Source: Marsupella aquatica (Eukaryota; Plantae; Marchantiophyta). From it: 64,000 nt of DNA. Positions 38,495 to 51,400 of the stretch are shown here, piece after piece. A model generated the notes under the pieces. It had not been told where the DNA came from and searched no databases. It saw nothing but the letters and a program-made list of their open reading frames with translations. The DNA is taken from assembly GCA_973895155.1 (NCBI GenBank), contig OZ316898.1:3782480-3846479 (forward strand), read 5' to 3'. The stretch's first letter is position 1, and each line of letters opens with the position of its first letter. The position numbers were made by a program, and so were the translations under genes.

Positions 38495-40041
38495 TCTAAG
38501 AAATCTAAACGCAGGACAGTGACCGTCTCATCGCACACATCGCAGGCATCGACCGACGACAAGCGAGCTTCGATCTAAATGTCCTCTAGCTTCGTTCGTC
38601 TCCTCTTCAGAAGCCTTAAGCCAAGTGGCAAACCGAGTACTGTAACAGAAAACTTTGCACAGTACAGTTCTAGCTCAAATGACGGAAAGACGGATTGCTT
38701 CACTCGTCAGGAAGAAACAGAGTCCACTCTTCCGCACCTTCAGAAACCCATCAATTCATTTCTTGACTTCAAAGAAATGTGCTGTTCTCTGACACCGAAT
38801 GCTTCCATGATCAAGAGTGAGTTGGACACCCTGTTCTACTGCCTTGCAGTTGCAATGCTGTTTGCCTGTTTCTCTCCTCCTCCTGCGTAAAAAGTGCAGA
38901 TCTAACTCATAGCATTGATGGCAATCAAGCTAGCTCCTGATGCTTTGTTTTGTCCCGAATCCATCCTTGGCGTAATTATTGTATATTCGTTTTCATAAAT
39001 CGCCGAAAGTGCAGGATCGACAGTCACGATCTCCCAACTCAGAAGAATGCATCTCTACTTGCGGCAGCTACCATTGTGTGACAAGTGGAAGAGGACGTCT
39101 CCACTGTTGAAGGCTGTAGCTCCAAACATCGTCATGACCTCCATTGTGGGCAGCCCGATCGGATGGTGGTGGTTTGTCCAAAATCGTATTAGGACCTCCA
39201 AAGTGGCTCTAATTACTAACGTGTCTCAAATCTTGTGACCTAGGTTTCTAGAGTGATGTATCTATAATTCCAAGGCTCATCATGTATGTCAAATGATAAT
39301 CATGTATGTATTTTATATTTATATTTGTATTAAAAAATATTCAGTGCCCCACCATAACATATGTACATAGAGAAGAGTATATATTTTATCTATGATTATT
39401 AAAATGACTATATGCATAATGTTTTTTTATTATTCAAATAATGTGAATAAGGTATATATTTTGGTGATATTTTTATTGTTCTCCTCTCTATTCATGTTCA
39501 AAGAACAGGTAATCAGGGCTAGTCTAACTAATAACACACTATCCAAAGCTACTTCCTGGGCCTAATATTTAGAGTGAAGCATACAATCTAAGTGAGTGTG
39601 TAACTGAAAGTGAGGGTCCAGAGGTAACTCTAAGTGAGGGCATAACTGAAAGTGCAGGTGCAAACAAAAAACAGGGATGGGGGCAAAGATGAATAAGAAA
39701 TAAGGGGTAATTGTTTTTTTTCTTTCTGAAAGGTCGTTTGGTCTCCTCTCCTCATCTGTATTTATGATCAAGGAATATGTACTCAGGCTGGTTAAATTAT
39801 AGGCCTTCCCCCAAACCATATGTGGGTTACTAAGCCTCCAAGGGCTATTTACCACTCCATGAGGGCCAACCCGCCAGGCTACCCCCTAGAATTCAGTAAA
39901 TAGATAAATCTATTCTCTTTCTGATTGGCCCCTTTATCCCAACATGTTCTTTGCTCACAACCCTTCATACTTGTACTATTTTGCAAAGACTCAATGTTGT
40001 TTTCCCCTTTGATCTCCATAAAATTAGAGTACTCACTCCTT

Positions 40042-40043
<2 letters not shown>

Positions 40044-40091
<48 letters not shown>
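40044..40091. repeat. (AG)24 microsatellite
   Basis: Perfect dinucleotide run. Confidence 0.95.
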
Positions 40092-40094
<3 letters not shown>

Positions 40095-41059
40095 ACTTGA
40101 TTGTGATCTCTTTCCTTCTTCCCCCACGGGAAGAACAATGATCTTAAATTTGCTAAAAATTAATATCTTTAGTTTTTCTCTCATAGTCACTTTGCTCCAG
40201 TGAACAAATCATGGGGGAGTCTCAAAGCAATTAAATTGTGTACCCTATATAGATCTTTCTCAAATTAGTTTTATGCGTGAAAAACCAACTGATCTTGTCC
40301 TAAGGGCACAACTTACAGAAGAATTCACCACCTCTCCCTCTCGTCAAGCTGTTGTTGTCGTTAGTATGTAGAACATAACACACCTGGGCTCTTTTTTCAT
40401 TCAATAACTTGATATGTCCATGGATTTTGCAAATCCAAAACATGGGTTTTTTCTTTACAGCCAGTTGCAACACTAGCTACACTGGGAGCAGCAGCAATTT
40501 ACTAGCTACGGAATTGATGAGATGCAGATTGACATTCAAAGTAAAAATTCTACTTGAGTAAACAGAACATTTTGAAGGCCCCATACAGGTTTAGCAATCC
40601 ATCTAGGCATTTTTCAAACATTCGACTGTAACGTGGGGACAATCAGTTTACCACCGAAATAATTTCTGTGGAGGAAGTGTAACTCCAACAGCGAGAGCAG
40701 TTTTGAGCAGCAATGACGTTCGTAGCGCGACTCTCACGTGATCGACGTCTTACAGCCTCGAGCACAGAATTTGACGAAAAAACTATGTCTCGCAATCTTT
40801 CCCTGAGTAGATTGACTGCAGTTTGCAGTTAAAGCTTCAATCTCTAATAATGGTGAATGAAAAGGTTTAGGGTTTTGCAGAGTGGCCCTCAGATTACAGC
40901 GTTGGAGGTGAATTGCGAATCCCGGTGTTTTGTCCTTGTCTGTTCTGTGAATCTCGGTTCATTTGTAGTATGTAGAAATCATAGCAATTGACCTCAACGT
41001 TATTCTTCATAGCAATCAGCAGACAGATACTCTCTATTGCTGGTCCAACTGGGAATTGA

Positions 41060-42261
41060 CATTGTAGAATTCAAGCAGGTCGCAATGGGTGCGAAACTAA
41101 GGAGAGAATGCATCAGGTTGGCAGTTTTGGGGTTTAGGGTTCTTGTGCTCCGAGGTGTTGAGCAATAGCAGCTGCTGTGAAGGATACCATGGGTAGGAGA
41201 CAGCTGCTTAATGTAATTGTTGCCTGTCTCTCAGAAAATAAGTAGGTTTACATGAATCGTAGTCGTGCGACATTCTTAAATTAGTCGCGCATTGCTTTGT
41301 GAATCTATTATTCTTTTCCACGGTGGAAATGTGGTTATTGAGCGAAGATTGGGTTCTCCTAAAGCTAGCGATGGTGTGATGGTGGCATTTAAGGAAAGAA
41401 AAAAAACCGTTGGAGCTAGTTTGGTGAAGCAAGTTCCAAGTGCTACCAAACAACACTGCTGGAAATGGTGTGCAGCACTCGCTGTCATAAGTTTGCACAT
41501 TCCGATGGGATGTGTTCAGGAGCAACGTGCGTGACAGTACTTACGGGGGCAATTTTCTCAGAGGGCTACGGAAATCTGTAGCAGTGGGAATGAATGCCAT
41601 GGACTTTAGGCGTGGTGTCAATCTAGCAGTCGACGCTGTTGTTGCAAATATAAAACCCAGAGCAAAAATGATCAGTACATCGGAAGAGATTGCCCAAGTG
41701 AGTAGCTTTGACTTGATAAGTTTCTCCGTGTGTAATTGTTTAGACGCACCAGCTGTGCAGGTTTACTGAACCTGGTTTGATCTTAGGTTGGAAGAATTTC
41801 GGTCAATGGGGACCGAGAGATTGGGGACTTCATTGCTCGAGCGATGGAGACAGTTGCAAAAGAGGGACTTAACAGTGTATCTGTAAGTGGCTATAACCAA
41901 TTCTTAGTCATGCCAAACGAGAGTTTTCAGCTTCTTCCGTGGTCAGCTAGTTAGGGCCTTCTCCTTGGTGCTGGTACTTTATTCGTCATTCTTTGAACGT
42001 TTTGTGTGGATTTCATATTTTGCCTTGTATTGGATACGATGGACTACTGCTGCCTTTGCAATCTGGCATACGGAACATGCTCCTCCAACTTACACCTCAC
42101 TGAAATTCCCATCGTTCTTTCTTCTTTAAAGGACACATGAATGTGTGGTGTTGCAGGACGGAAAAAATCTTTACAACGAACTAGAAGTTTTGGAGGGCAT
42201 GAAGCTTAATCGAGGCTATATATCTCCTTACTTGATTACAGATGTTAAGTCCCCCAAACTG
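41060..42261 (+). pseudogene. 5' fragment of a mitochondrial chaperonin-60 (HSP60/CPN60) gene, degenerate, introns retained
   Basis: VLRGVEQ..AVK.TMG; NVVIE..GSPK..DGV.VA; VGASLVKQV; [19 protein letters not shown]...ISTSEEIAQ | VGRISVNGDREIG | [25 protein letters not shown]. Frameshifts and deletions are present and no downstream exons were found. Confidence 0.85.
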
Positions 42262-42486
42262 GTAAGTTTCAATGGCCTGGAGCATGATAGCTTCGGATTT
42301 AGGATCTGGAAAATTACATGTGTTGTTTAACTCTACTGATCGAGCTAAAGTGTGTTGTAACACTTCACCTGAAGTGGACAGATGCCTGCCTACACCATAC
42401 CACAGAATGCTGGATTCATCTCAAGATCTGATAGTGGGTAGTGGTGCTGACAGAGGAACCCCAGAGTACCTGAGTTTAATCATAAT

Positions 42487-44934
42487 ATGACAACGAAAGC
42501 ACTTTGGGTGGATGGCTGGTCAACTCCAGCATGGGTGAAGGCAAGACTCCAATTGATTACTCAAGGCAGAGGGAAAACTAGTGCTAGCTATGGCACCAGA
42601 GATTGGTCTCAGGACACTGCACAGGCGAATGGCAGTAGGCACATGAATTGTGCTGGTACTACGAGTGAAGCAATTGCTGTCTTGACGAATCGTCTACAAC
42701 GAGGCATTACTACAGACTCGCACACGTATGTTAAAGTTCTGCAAATGTGCTGGAAATATAAAGACTTTTTAGCGGCCAAGCAGGTTCACAAGTGTATCAT
42801 CAAGAGTGGAATTGAGAAGAATTCATATGTGGCGAACACCCTCCTGAATGTGTATATCAGATGCGGTGGGTTTTTGGATGCGCGTCGAGTTTTTGATGAA
42901 CTTGAGACGAAGAGTGTTCTTACCTGGAACATGATGATTACAGGATATGCTAAGAGTGGCCATGGTGAATCTGCTCTGGAACTTTTCAATTTGATGCGCC
43001 AAGAAGGTGCGCGGCCTAATGCAGTCACATATCTGGGCATCCTGAAGGCATGTGCCAGCCCATTAGCTCTAAAATGGGGAAAAGAAGTTCATGCGTGTAT
43101 GCGAAATGCTGGGTTTGAGTCAGATGTGCGTGTAGGGACTGCCCTCCTTCAGATGTATGCAAAGTGTGGGTGCATCACGGAGGCCAGGCGGGTTTTTGAA
43201 GAAATGGCTAATCGAAATCTCATCACTTGGAATGTGATGATTGGTGCGTATGCCGCAAGTGGCAATATGGATGATGCCCGGCTAATGTTTGACAGCATGA
43301 AAAAACGAGATCTATTCACATGGAATATAATGATTGGAGCATATGCAGCAAGTGGTCGTGGTGTGGAAGCATATCGATTGTTTCTCGAAATGAGACGGGA
43401 AGGGTTCGAACCAGATGCCATCACTTATATGAGCATCCTGAATGCATCTGCAAGCGAGGGGGCCTTAGAGTGGGTGAAAGAGGTTCATGGCCATTGTAAG
43501 AAAGCGGGACTGGATTTGGATTTGCGTGTGGGCAATGCACTTATCCACATGTATGCAAAGTGTGGGTGCATCACGGAGGCAAGGCGAGTCTTTGAGAAAT
43601 TGACTAATCGAGATTTCATCTCATGGAATGCCATGATTGGTGCGTATGCCGCAAGTGGCAATTTGGATGACGCCCGACTAATGTTTGACAGAATGGAAAA
43701 ATGCGATGTAATCACATGGAACATAATGATTGGAGCTTATGCAGAACGCGGTCGTGGTGTGGAAGCATATCAACTATTCCTCCAAATGAGACGAGAAGGC
43801 TTCCAACCAGATGCAATCACTTATATGAACATACTGAATGCATCTGCAAGTGCGGAGCCTTTAGAGTGGGTGAAAGAGGTTCATGACCACGCTAGCAAAG
43901 CGGGGCTGGAGTCAGATTTGCGTGTGGGCAATGCACTGATTCACATGTACGCAAAGACCGGCCGTATAGGTGACGCCCGACTGGTTTTTGACAGACTAGT
44001 GAAACGCAATGTATTCACGTGGACCACAATGATCGGTGGACTTGCACAACATGGTTGTGGTCGTGAAGCCCTGGAACTCTTTAGAAAAATGAATGCGGAC
44101 TTTGTGAAGCCCGACGGGACTACATTCGTGGCATTGTTATCAGCCTGTTGTCATGCAGGCCTTGTTGAAGATGGCCGTAGACTCTTTCTAGCTATGACGC
44201 AGGATTATGGCATCGAGCCAGATATTTTTCATTATACCTGCATGGTGGACCTTCTTGGGCGGGCTGGACACTTGGAGGAAGCAAAGCTCTTGATTAGTGA
44301 CATGCCAGTTGAACCGGGTGTAGTAACTTGGAAAGCCTTGCTTGGGGCTTGTAGAACTCACGGTAATGTGGAGTTGGGCGAACTTGCTGCTAAAGAGCTG
44401 TTTAAGTTGGAACCGAATAAGGACTCTACATATGTGCTCCTCTCCAACATCTATGCTGCAGCTGGCAAGTGGGAGAAGGCGTCATTGGTGCGCACTATGA
44501 TGCAAAAGGGAGGTGTTCGGAAGGAGCCAGGGCGTAGCTGGATTGAGGTTGATAACAAGATCCATGAATTTGTTGTAGGGGACACATCTCACCCAGAAGC
44601 GAAGGCGATATATACTGAGCTCAATAAATTGACTAAAAAACTCAAGGCTGAAGGCTACATGCCCGAAACCCAGATTGTATTGCGGAACATCGATGAGGGG
44701 GATAAAGAACTAGCTCTTTGTTCTCATAGTGAGAAGTTGGCTATTGCGTACGGACTGATGCGCATACCCGTGGGAAAACCAATTCGTGTGTATAAAAACC
44801 TTCGGGTGTGTTCAGATTGCCATACAGCAACCAAGTTTATCTCTAAGGTGACGGGACGCGAGATTATAGCCAGGGATGCAATTCGCTTTCACCATTTTAA
44901 GAATGGTTTGTGTTCTTGTGGTGATTACTGGTGA
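42487..44934 (+). CDS. PLS-class pentatricopeptide repeat protein with E and DYW deaminase domain (organellar C-to-U editing factor)
   Basis: 815-aa intronless ORF with P-L-S repeats, PGRSWIEV (PG box), HSEKLA...CSDCH and a C-terminal DYW. The start codon is uncertain. Confidence 0.95.
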   Translation: MTTKALWVDGWSTPAWVKARLQLITQGRGKTSASYGTRDWSQDTAQANGSRHMNCAGTTSEAIAVLTNRLQRGITTDSHTYVKVLQMCWKYKDFLAAKQVHKCIIKSGIEKNSYVANTLLNVYIRCGGFLDARRVFDELETKSVLTWNMMITGYAKSGHGESALELFNLMRQEGARPNAVTYLGILKACASPLALKWGKEVHACMRNAGFESDVRVGTALLQMYAKCGCITEARRVFEEMANRNLITWNVMIGAYAASGNMDDARLMFDSMKKRDLFTWNIMIGAYAASGRGVEAYRLFLEMRREGFEPDAITYMSILNASASEGALEWVKEVHGHCKKAGLDLDLRVGNALIHMYAKCGCITEARRVFEKLTNRDFISWNAMIGAYAASGNLDDARLMFDRMEKCDVITWNIMIGAYAERGRGVEAYQLFLQMRREGFQPDAITYMNILNASASAEPLEWVKEVHDHASKAGLESDLRVGNALIHMYAKTGRIGDARLVFDRLVKRNVFTWTTMIGGLAQHGCGREALELFRKMNADFVKPDGTTFVALLSACCHAGLVEDGRRLFLAMTQDYGIEPDIFHYTCMVDLLGRAGHLEEAKLLISDMPVEPGVVTWKALLGACRTHGNVELGELAAKELFKLEPNKDSTYVLLSNIYAAAGKWEKASLVRTMMQKGGVRKEPGRSWIEVDNKIHEFVVGDTSHPEAKAIYTELNKLTKKLKAEGYMPETQIVLRNIDEGDKELALCSHSEKLAIAYGLMRIPVGKPIRVYKNLRVCSDCHTATKFISKVTGREIIARDAIRFHHFKNGLCSCGDYW

Positions 44935-46532
44935 CCAGATTGAAAGCTGTGTTTCGCTGGCTGAAAAGTGACTCTAAAGCACTACTCACTGGCAGCCTAG
45001 ATACAGTCAGGTTTTCGTTCGTCGCTTGATCAAGGAGGGATTTTCAAGACGATTATATTGCAGCGATCGACTACGGCAGTTCTGTGACAGGAACTTTGAG
45101 ATTATACAATTTGGCGTTTTAACTAGTCCATACCAGGCTGAAAGATGGGTTCATCCATTCACCAATTTTGCGAGCAACGGGCATTAAAAGCCATCCGCAA
45201 TCCCTCAGGTACTCCCACTGAAACAATCGGGAAGAAAATATTTGGTCGCAGTGAGTGTTGCCAAACATTCAATTTCTAGGCTCACGGGATAACATATAAC
45301 TGAAAAGCTCTGTGAGTTGCTTCTTGACTGTCGAAATCACAGATATGCGAAATCAATCTCTTCGCTTGATACGTAAGGCTTGCTCATTCGAATGTTGTCG
45401 CTATCCAATTCGTTAACCAAGCCATTCATTTGCTTGCCAGGGTCTGCCTTCAGCTGCGTGTCTCAGGCTGATTTTTGCTTTCCAGTTTCGACAGTTGTGA
45501 AGGTGTAGTTTTAGTAACTTTCTTCTGACTCGACTTGGGAGCATTCGACCTATCTGCTAGCTTGTAGTTAGCTTTGACTCGTGTCATCTTCGTTGACGAC
45601 CCTCTTGAGATATAAACAATTAGAACAAACACAAGTTGTCAAGAGAGACTCCACCTGAACAAACAGTCAAAATCAGGTGAATGAAAACCTAACGACAGAA
45701 AATAAGAATGAAACTAAGAAGGCAGGCGCAGGGGCCACTGAGAAAAAACCTAGTGGCTCCTCGGGGAGAATCCAGAATGGTAATGCTCTCCAGAATGGTA
45801 ATGCTCTTGCCCGGAACGGAGACCAGGTGTGATGCCTAGCTATCACTAGGCCAATTAAGATGGTAGGTGGTATACACTAAAACACATTAATATAAGGAGA
45901 AAAAAGGGAAAACATAAACCATTAAGGATAACCATGGAACCCAAATTGAGATGGAAGTAAGGGTGCAATGGTCACTAGGAGGCACGATTAGGGTTAGGGC
46001 ATGCTAAGCACAATCGGCCGTAGATAATCAATGGGCGGCCAGATGAAGACAGCCAGGAGAGGGGTAAGGTCTGTTCACCGAGGGTGGCGGTTTATTTGCG
46101 AGCACTGATCAAGCAGAGGATTGTAGGAAGAAGCCAATGACTGCCAGCTGCTTTGGCAAACACTGTGGGCGGAAGCAAATACCAAGCATCGATACAAGGT
46201 CGGAATGAGCAACATCAACCAAACCTCACATTTTTGGGAATGCTTGTTCGAACGGACAATTGAGTACATTTAGACATATGAGGACGAGGAATCGGAGAGA
46301 GCAGCCTGAGAACGACAGGAGCTCGCTCGGCTGTGGGAACTTACTACAAAAGTCTGTCTTCCTTGGAGGAGAGCTCATCAAGGCTGAATTCTTGTGGTTA
46401 CCTACTGCTGACCAACTCGACGACCTTCTGTTCCAAAAGAACATAATAGTCGACATTCGGGAGGCCATCAACTGTTGCAACGACAAACATTGGAACTTGA
46501 AGGGTAGCACGGAGGCGTGAACGAAAGCAATA

Positions 46533-48400
46533 GTGTTGGGGGAATCGTCACGAGCGGCCGAAATGAAGAGGAAGGGGCCCAATAACGAAGAGGCCACCCT
46601 TGCCAAGAGAACGAGGTCAACGACATCTAGAAAGCCGGCCAAGCATGGGAGACGGAGGTTGGATGAGGTTGAGGAACTAGAGGTCGACCTCGTCAATGTC
46701 ATCCCTACAAGAGATGATACATGGAAAGGTTGGGCGACGGTCATACCACCGGCGGTGTAGTTATATTTTGCACGAGAAGAGTCCCAAAAATACCAAGGCT
46801 TCATGGCCGGATCCGGCTTGGAGACCTTCGTTAGATTACCGTGGCTGAAGCCAAAGGTGCCGGATTGCGATTTGTTAGAGTTTATGGGATCCTGGGATCA
46901 GGAATCAAATGCAACTAGGGTACATGGGAAGGCATTCTACCTCATTCCCAAAGTGATTGTTGAGGTATTTGGCTTGCCAATAGGCAATAAGACCAAGGTA
47001 GACACCCGAAAGAACTTGCCGGATAAGGAGTTTAGGTCGATTCTTGGGCCATCAACAAAGAATGGCTTCTATCGGAACACCTGCACCAACCCGCACATTG
47101 GAGAAATGATTGATTTCTTGCGAGTGACAATGCATTGCAATTTGGCAAGGCCGAAGATCAGCAAGGCACAGGTCTACTTGGCAGAAAGGCCAAACCCAAG
47201 TCGGGACTACACCAAGTACCTCCTCACCCAATTGAAGAAGATCTTGAAGGAGGAACAACAAGTGATAGGCCAAGGGAGCATGTCTCGGCTTGGTTATCAT
47301 ATGCCGTTGTTGCGCCTGTACGCCCGAAGTGAGTCCTTTGCACCAGTACTCTCCCTACAGGCAAGGGCACCAGAAGAGGAGTCGGAGCAGAGGCTGGCAG
47401 CAAGGAAGCCCAAACCGCCCGACAACCCCACAATAGAGTAGATATTCCGGCCGAGGCCAGAACCCATGCCGATGTAGCAACCAGCCATGTAGGACCTTCT
47501 GTAGATGCTACACAAGGAGAAGCCGACAGCTGCGGCACAAGCACCGGTACAAGGCATTGTTCAGAAGGCAGGCGCAAGAAGACCCACGAGAGCAGATCCC
47601 TTTGTCGGGGCCGTGGAGAGAAGGAGGCCAGAACACAAGCCAGGAGTGCGGGATGTACGTGGGAGACTCGAGTCCGAAACCTAAGGGAAAAGGGCCCAAG
47701 GTTCCCAGTTACAATGAAGAGAGGAAAAGGCGGGCGTGGGAGCCAAAGCATAGGCCAGACCCATGCACAGCTTCCAGCAAGAGGCCGCGTTTGCGGCTAG
47801 TTCAGACCTATAGGGGTGTTTATCAGTTGAAGGAGGAACTCGCAACCCTATCGATCAACTTTCAAGCCAACCTACGTAAGAAGGACGACATGCTCGATCA
47901 AACCTACGAGAAGATGAACAAGATGGTGTTGATGTTGTCCACCAGCTTAACACGGAGCTAAGAGCAACCCAAGAGGAGAGGGTGGCCTTTTGGAAGGAGT
48001 TGGACAAAAATCAGAAGAAGTTGGAGGAAGCTCGTGGGGAGTTGGACGAGACCGAGGAGGAGTTGGAGGACACCATGCAAAAGATGGAGAACTTGCAACA
48101 ATGGGCGGATAACCAAACGAAGCGTTGAAGAAACTAGCCGAGGAGTTGAAACGCCCGGCTACACCAAGTGGACCTCCGTGGCAACAACAAGGTTGCAAGC
48201 CGTAGTACTGGCCGAAGAACAAGCTGAGGCACCCTTACCCTTGCCGGAGGTAATAGGCAAGGGGAAGGCACCAATTGCCTGGGAGGGGAAGGAGAAAAGA
48301 AGCAAAAACCTTCTGGTTCAGGAGTCCACACGCTTCCTTTGGCCACCATAATTGAGGTAGAGAGCATGGCGTTGGCCTTGTGCGAGGTCACGACAGTTGA
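46533..48400 (+). mobile_element. Degenerate retrotransposon accessory-ORF-like remnant (plant-mobile-domain-like region plus coiled coil)
   Basis: In-frame pieces at 46533 and 46803 are split by TAG stops. GLETFVRLPW...FMGSWD...VHGKAFYL..KVIVEVFGLP is followed by a Pro/Glu-rich then coiled-coil region. No LTRs were resolved. Confidence 0.4.
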
Positions 48401-51400
48401 GTTGGCAGTCTTGGAAGCGGATTAGCTCAGTACAGCCATGACAGGGACGGACTTAAGGTTGCCAATTATCGATAGGCATCAACCGCAACCTTGGGAGGAG
48501 GAAACAACCCGCCTCGTAGGACGAGCGTCTTAGGAGGACCACTACGGCAATGAAGCTGAAGCCGGGCTTGCCAAAACAGAAGCTACAGCAGCAAACCCAC
48601 CACTTTTGCATGTCGGGGAGGTAGTAGAAGCCAAGGAGGAGCCCGAGGCCGGAGTGGGATCCGGTCATGCTGATGGCAAGTTGACCCAGCCGGGAGCAGG
48701 TAACTTGTCAGAGGACGGACCTTCGACATTAGTCGTAGAGTAAGGATTGAGGGCGTCCATTGGGGCCAACCACCACTGTCATGACGGTGGTGGAGGGCCG
48801 TTCCTTTTAGGAAGGGTGGGTGTGGAGAAAGGAGGCATGAGTGGGCAGAGCGGGCGCGGGCCTCCAAAATTAGGATTAGGATCAGGGCCAAGAGGCAAAC
48901 TTAGATGAGTGGATTGCGGATTACACTTGTGCTCTTGCCTTGCTATACATAGGTAGATTATAGTTAGATAGATTAGGCTTATGCAGCAAGAAAATAGGTA
49001 CATGTCGGGGATTTCACTTCCACAAAAATGGCATATCACGTGCGACAAAGGATAGGGTCATTTTATTGGTTCTAAGGGAAGACTTGAGAATTTTTGCAGA
49101 AGAATAATAGGGTCTTTTAAATTGAATTTTGAGACTTATAAAAAAATTAGAGTCTTTTTAATCCAATTTTTGGAATATTCCAACTTTATAGGGATTAAAA
49201 AATAATATTTTTTTCTTACATTTTAGGGGGTCCCAGGCCTAAAAATATCGCAGGTGATGGGGAGGTCTCCATATAGTGAGACCCTCGAGAGGTAGATATG
49301 TTGCCAGGATAAATACTTGTGTAGCAAGGAGCTCAGGGTTTTTTTCTTGGCAAGTTTTTGTGCATCAGCAAGGCTAGGATCAATTAGACAGTAGAGAAGC
49401 TATCGGTTAATTATGCAGTGACTCTTGTGTATATTCATGTTTTCTCATGCCTAAAAGTTGAATAGAGTTGGCCTTTCAGCTTAGTTCACAGATCTTGTGT
49501 ATGAGAAGTACTGTTTGTATGACAATTGTACGGAGTGGTGGACCTTGCCACCCAGCGCCCTCACCAATCCCAGCACCCATGCCTAAGTGCCTCTGGTGCC
49601 CAAATGCCTCCACTATATACCTCGAGCAAGCAACCTAGTGCCCCTTGCACCCCCAACGGCCCCTCCCATACAAATTTGCACTTGCTCTCCAACACGACCG
49701 CTACTCAATAGTCCTCATTGTCTGCACAAGCAACCAAGCGCCTTGGTAAGTAACCCTTCAGGATCTAGATCTCCCAAGTCTAGCATCCTAACTCAAGCTT
49801 AGCAGACATTGGTAAGTAGGTCAGCAATAGGTCCTCCCAATGCCATAAGCCAAAACTAGAACCAACGCCCACTGTTCGTCCAGAACAGGTCCTTTCTTGG
49901 GCGCAGCCCGAGTTCCCCTCGTACCTATCCATCACCAACTGACTGCCCTGCCCCCAGGACATGCTCATGGCCCAAATAGTGTAGCTTGTCCTAAAGCTTG
50001 TCCCGACATGTCAGGACCAGAATGACCCCGACTTTAGCAACTAACTCTCGGTTCTCACCCCACTGATGGTCTAGGAGCCAAGTGCCCTTAGAACTCAACC
50101 TCCATGCCTACTTGGCCTTGCCTCTCCAATGCTAGCTCCCTTGAGAGACTGAATGCGGCGTGGTTGCTGTTTCGACAGGATTTGGCAAGCAGGCGAGATA
50201 ACACCCACAAACCTCAAAAAACTATGGCATCCCAAGACCCATATGAGCTCAGGAGGATTTAGCCCTCCTTGAGAGATTTCCAATGCACCTAAGAAGTCCC
50301 CCAACGGACTTCTCGTTGGGAAGTTATCGCCGTTTCCGTTTGGCATTTTCCCGCAGCTTACAATTTCGGCTCGCCTTTAGCCCCCAGGGAAACACCACTT
50401 CCCTCATATATGCTTCTGGAGACCTGCCACCCCCGGACTAACTTTGGTTCTCAAACTTTTGGTCCCCAACCTGGACCCTATCTCGCATGTTTGGGCACTC
50501 CACCAACTGACAACGCCCATAACTTCCTAGTTAGGCGTCCGCAAGCGGAGTGCCTTAGCCCGTTGTGATTGGGCTGACCCAGTGCTCATGCCTAGGCCCT
50601 CAGATCTCATTGTTGCTTGGGGCCCCCGATCGGCCAAACCCGGATGAGGCCATAACTCGCGCCCCAAGCATCCATTGCCCATGGCGTCAACTCCATTGCC
50701 TTGGGCACAAGAGGAGCTCTCACTCAAACCCTCAAAACTCAAAGTCCGTCCGGGGGTCCGTATGGTCGACCTTGAGCCCGGCCCTTTTCCCCTTGACCCG
50801 ACCAACACTTAGTTAGTCTAAGTCCTTAGTGCGTGTCACCAGCTTGGCGCCTTGCCTTTGCTGGTGCCACATCTCATTGCCCACAAGTCTCCCCATGCTA
50901 AGTCCTCCCCGGATGGCCTATCCGAGCCTAGACCATATGGGAGCTCGGCGTCGGAGTCAGCGACGCCGGAGCTAAGTGTTAAGGTAATCGAGTTCCGCGA
51001 CTCACGGTATAACTTAGTCAGTATCAGTCATTTTTCTATTTGTGTGTCGCATCAACTTGTGTCAAGATTGCCCACATCAACTATAGGAGAGAACAGAAAT
51101 AAGTGAAATTGTAAGAAGCAGACTTAAAAGGTTGGATATGTCGAGCTGAGAGAAATCTTAGCAGCTACCCAAGCCAATTTGACATCATTTCGGGGGCGGA
51201 ATCCAAACATACCTGAAGGGTATACCAGAACATAAATCAATACACTATATTTATGATCTAACCAAGTGATTTGAACGTCACATGTCTTGTTTATGTTTTG
51301 GTTGTACGACTGACATAGATTTAACACTAGGTTGTGTTAGACCAACCAAACATTATTTGATGAGATAGTCGACGAGCAAAAGCATGCATTTGGGAGGCTG

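Noticed and set aside
45830-51054. Complete LTR element bounded by TGATGC...GCATCA
   Set aside because: The flanks (AGGTG vs ACTTG) do not form a TSD, and no paired LTRs or pol domains were found.
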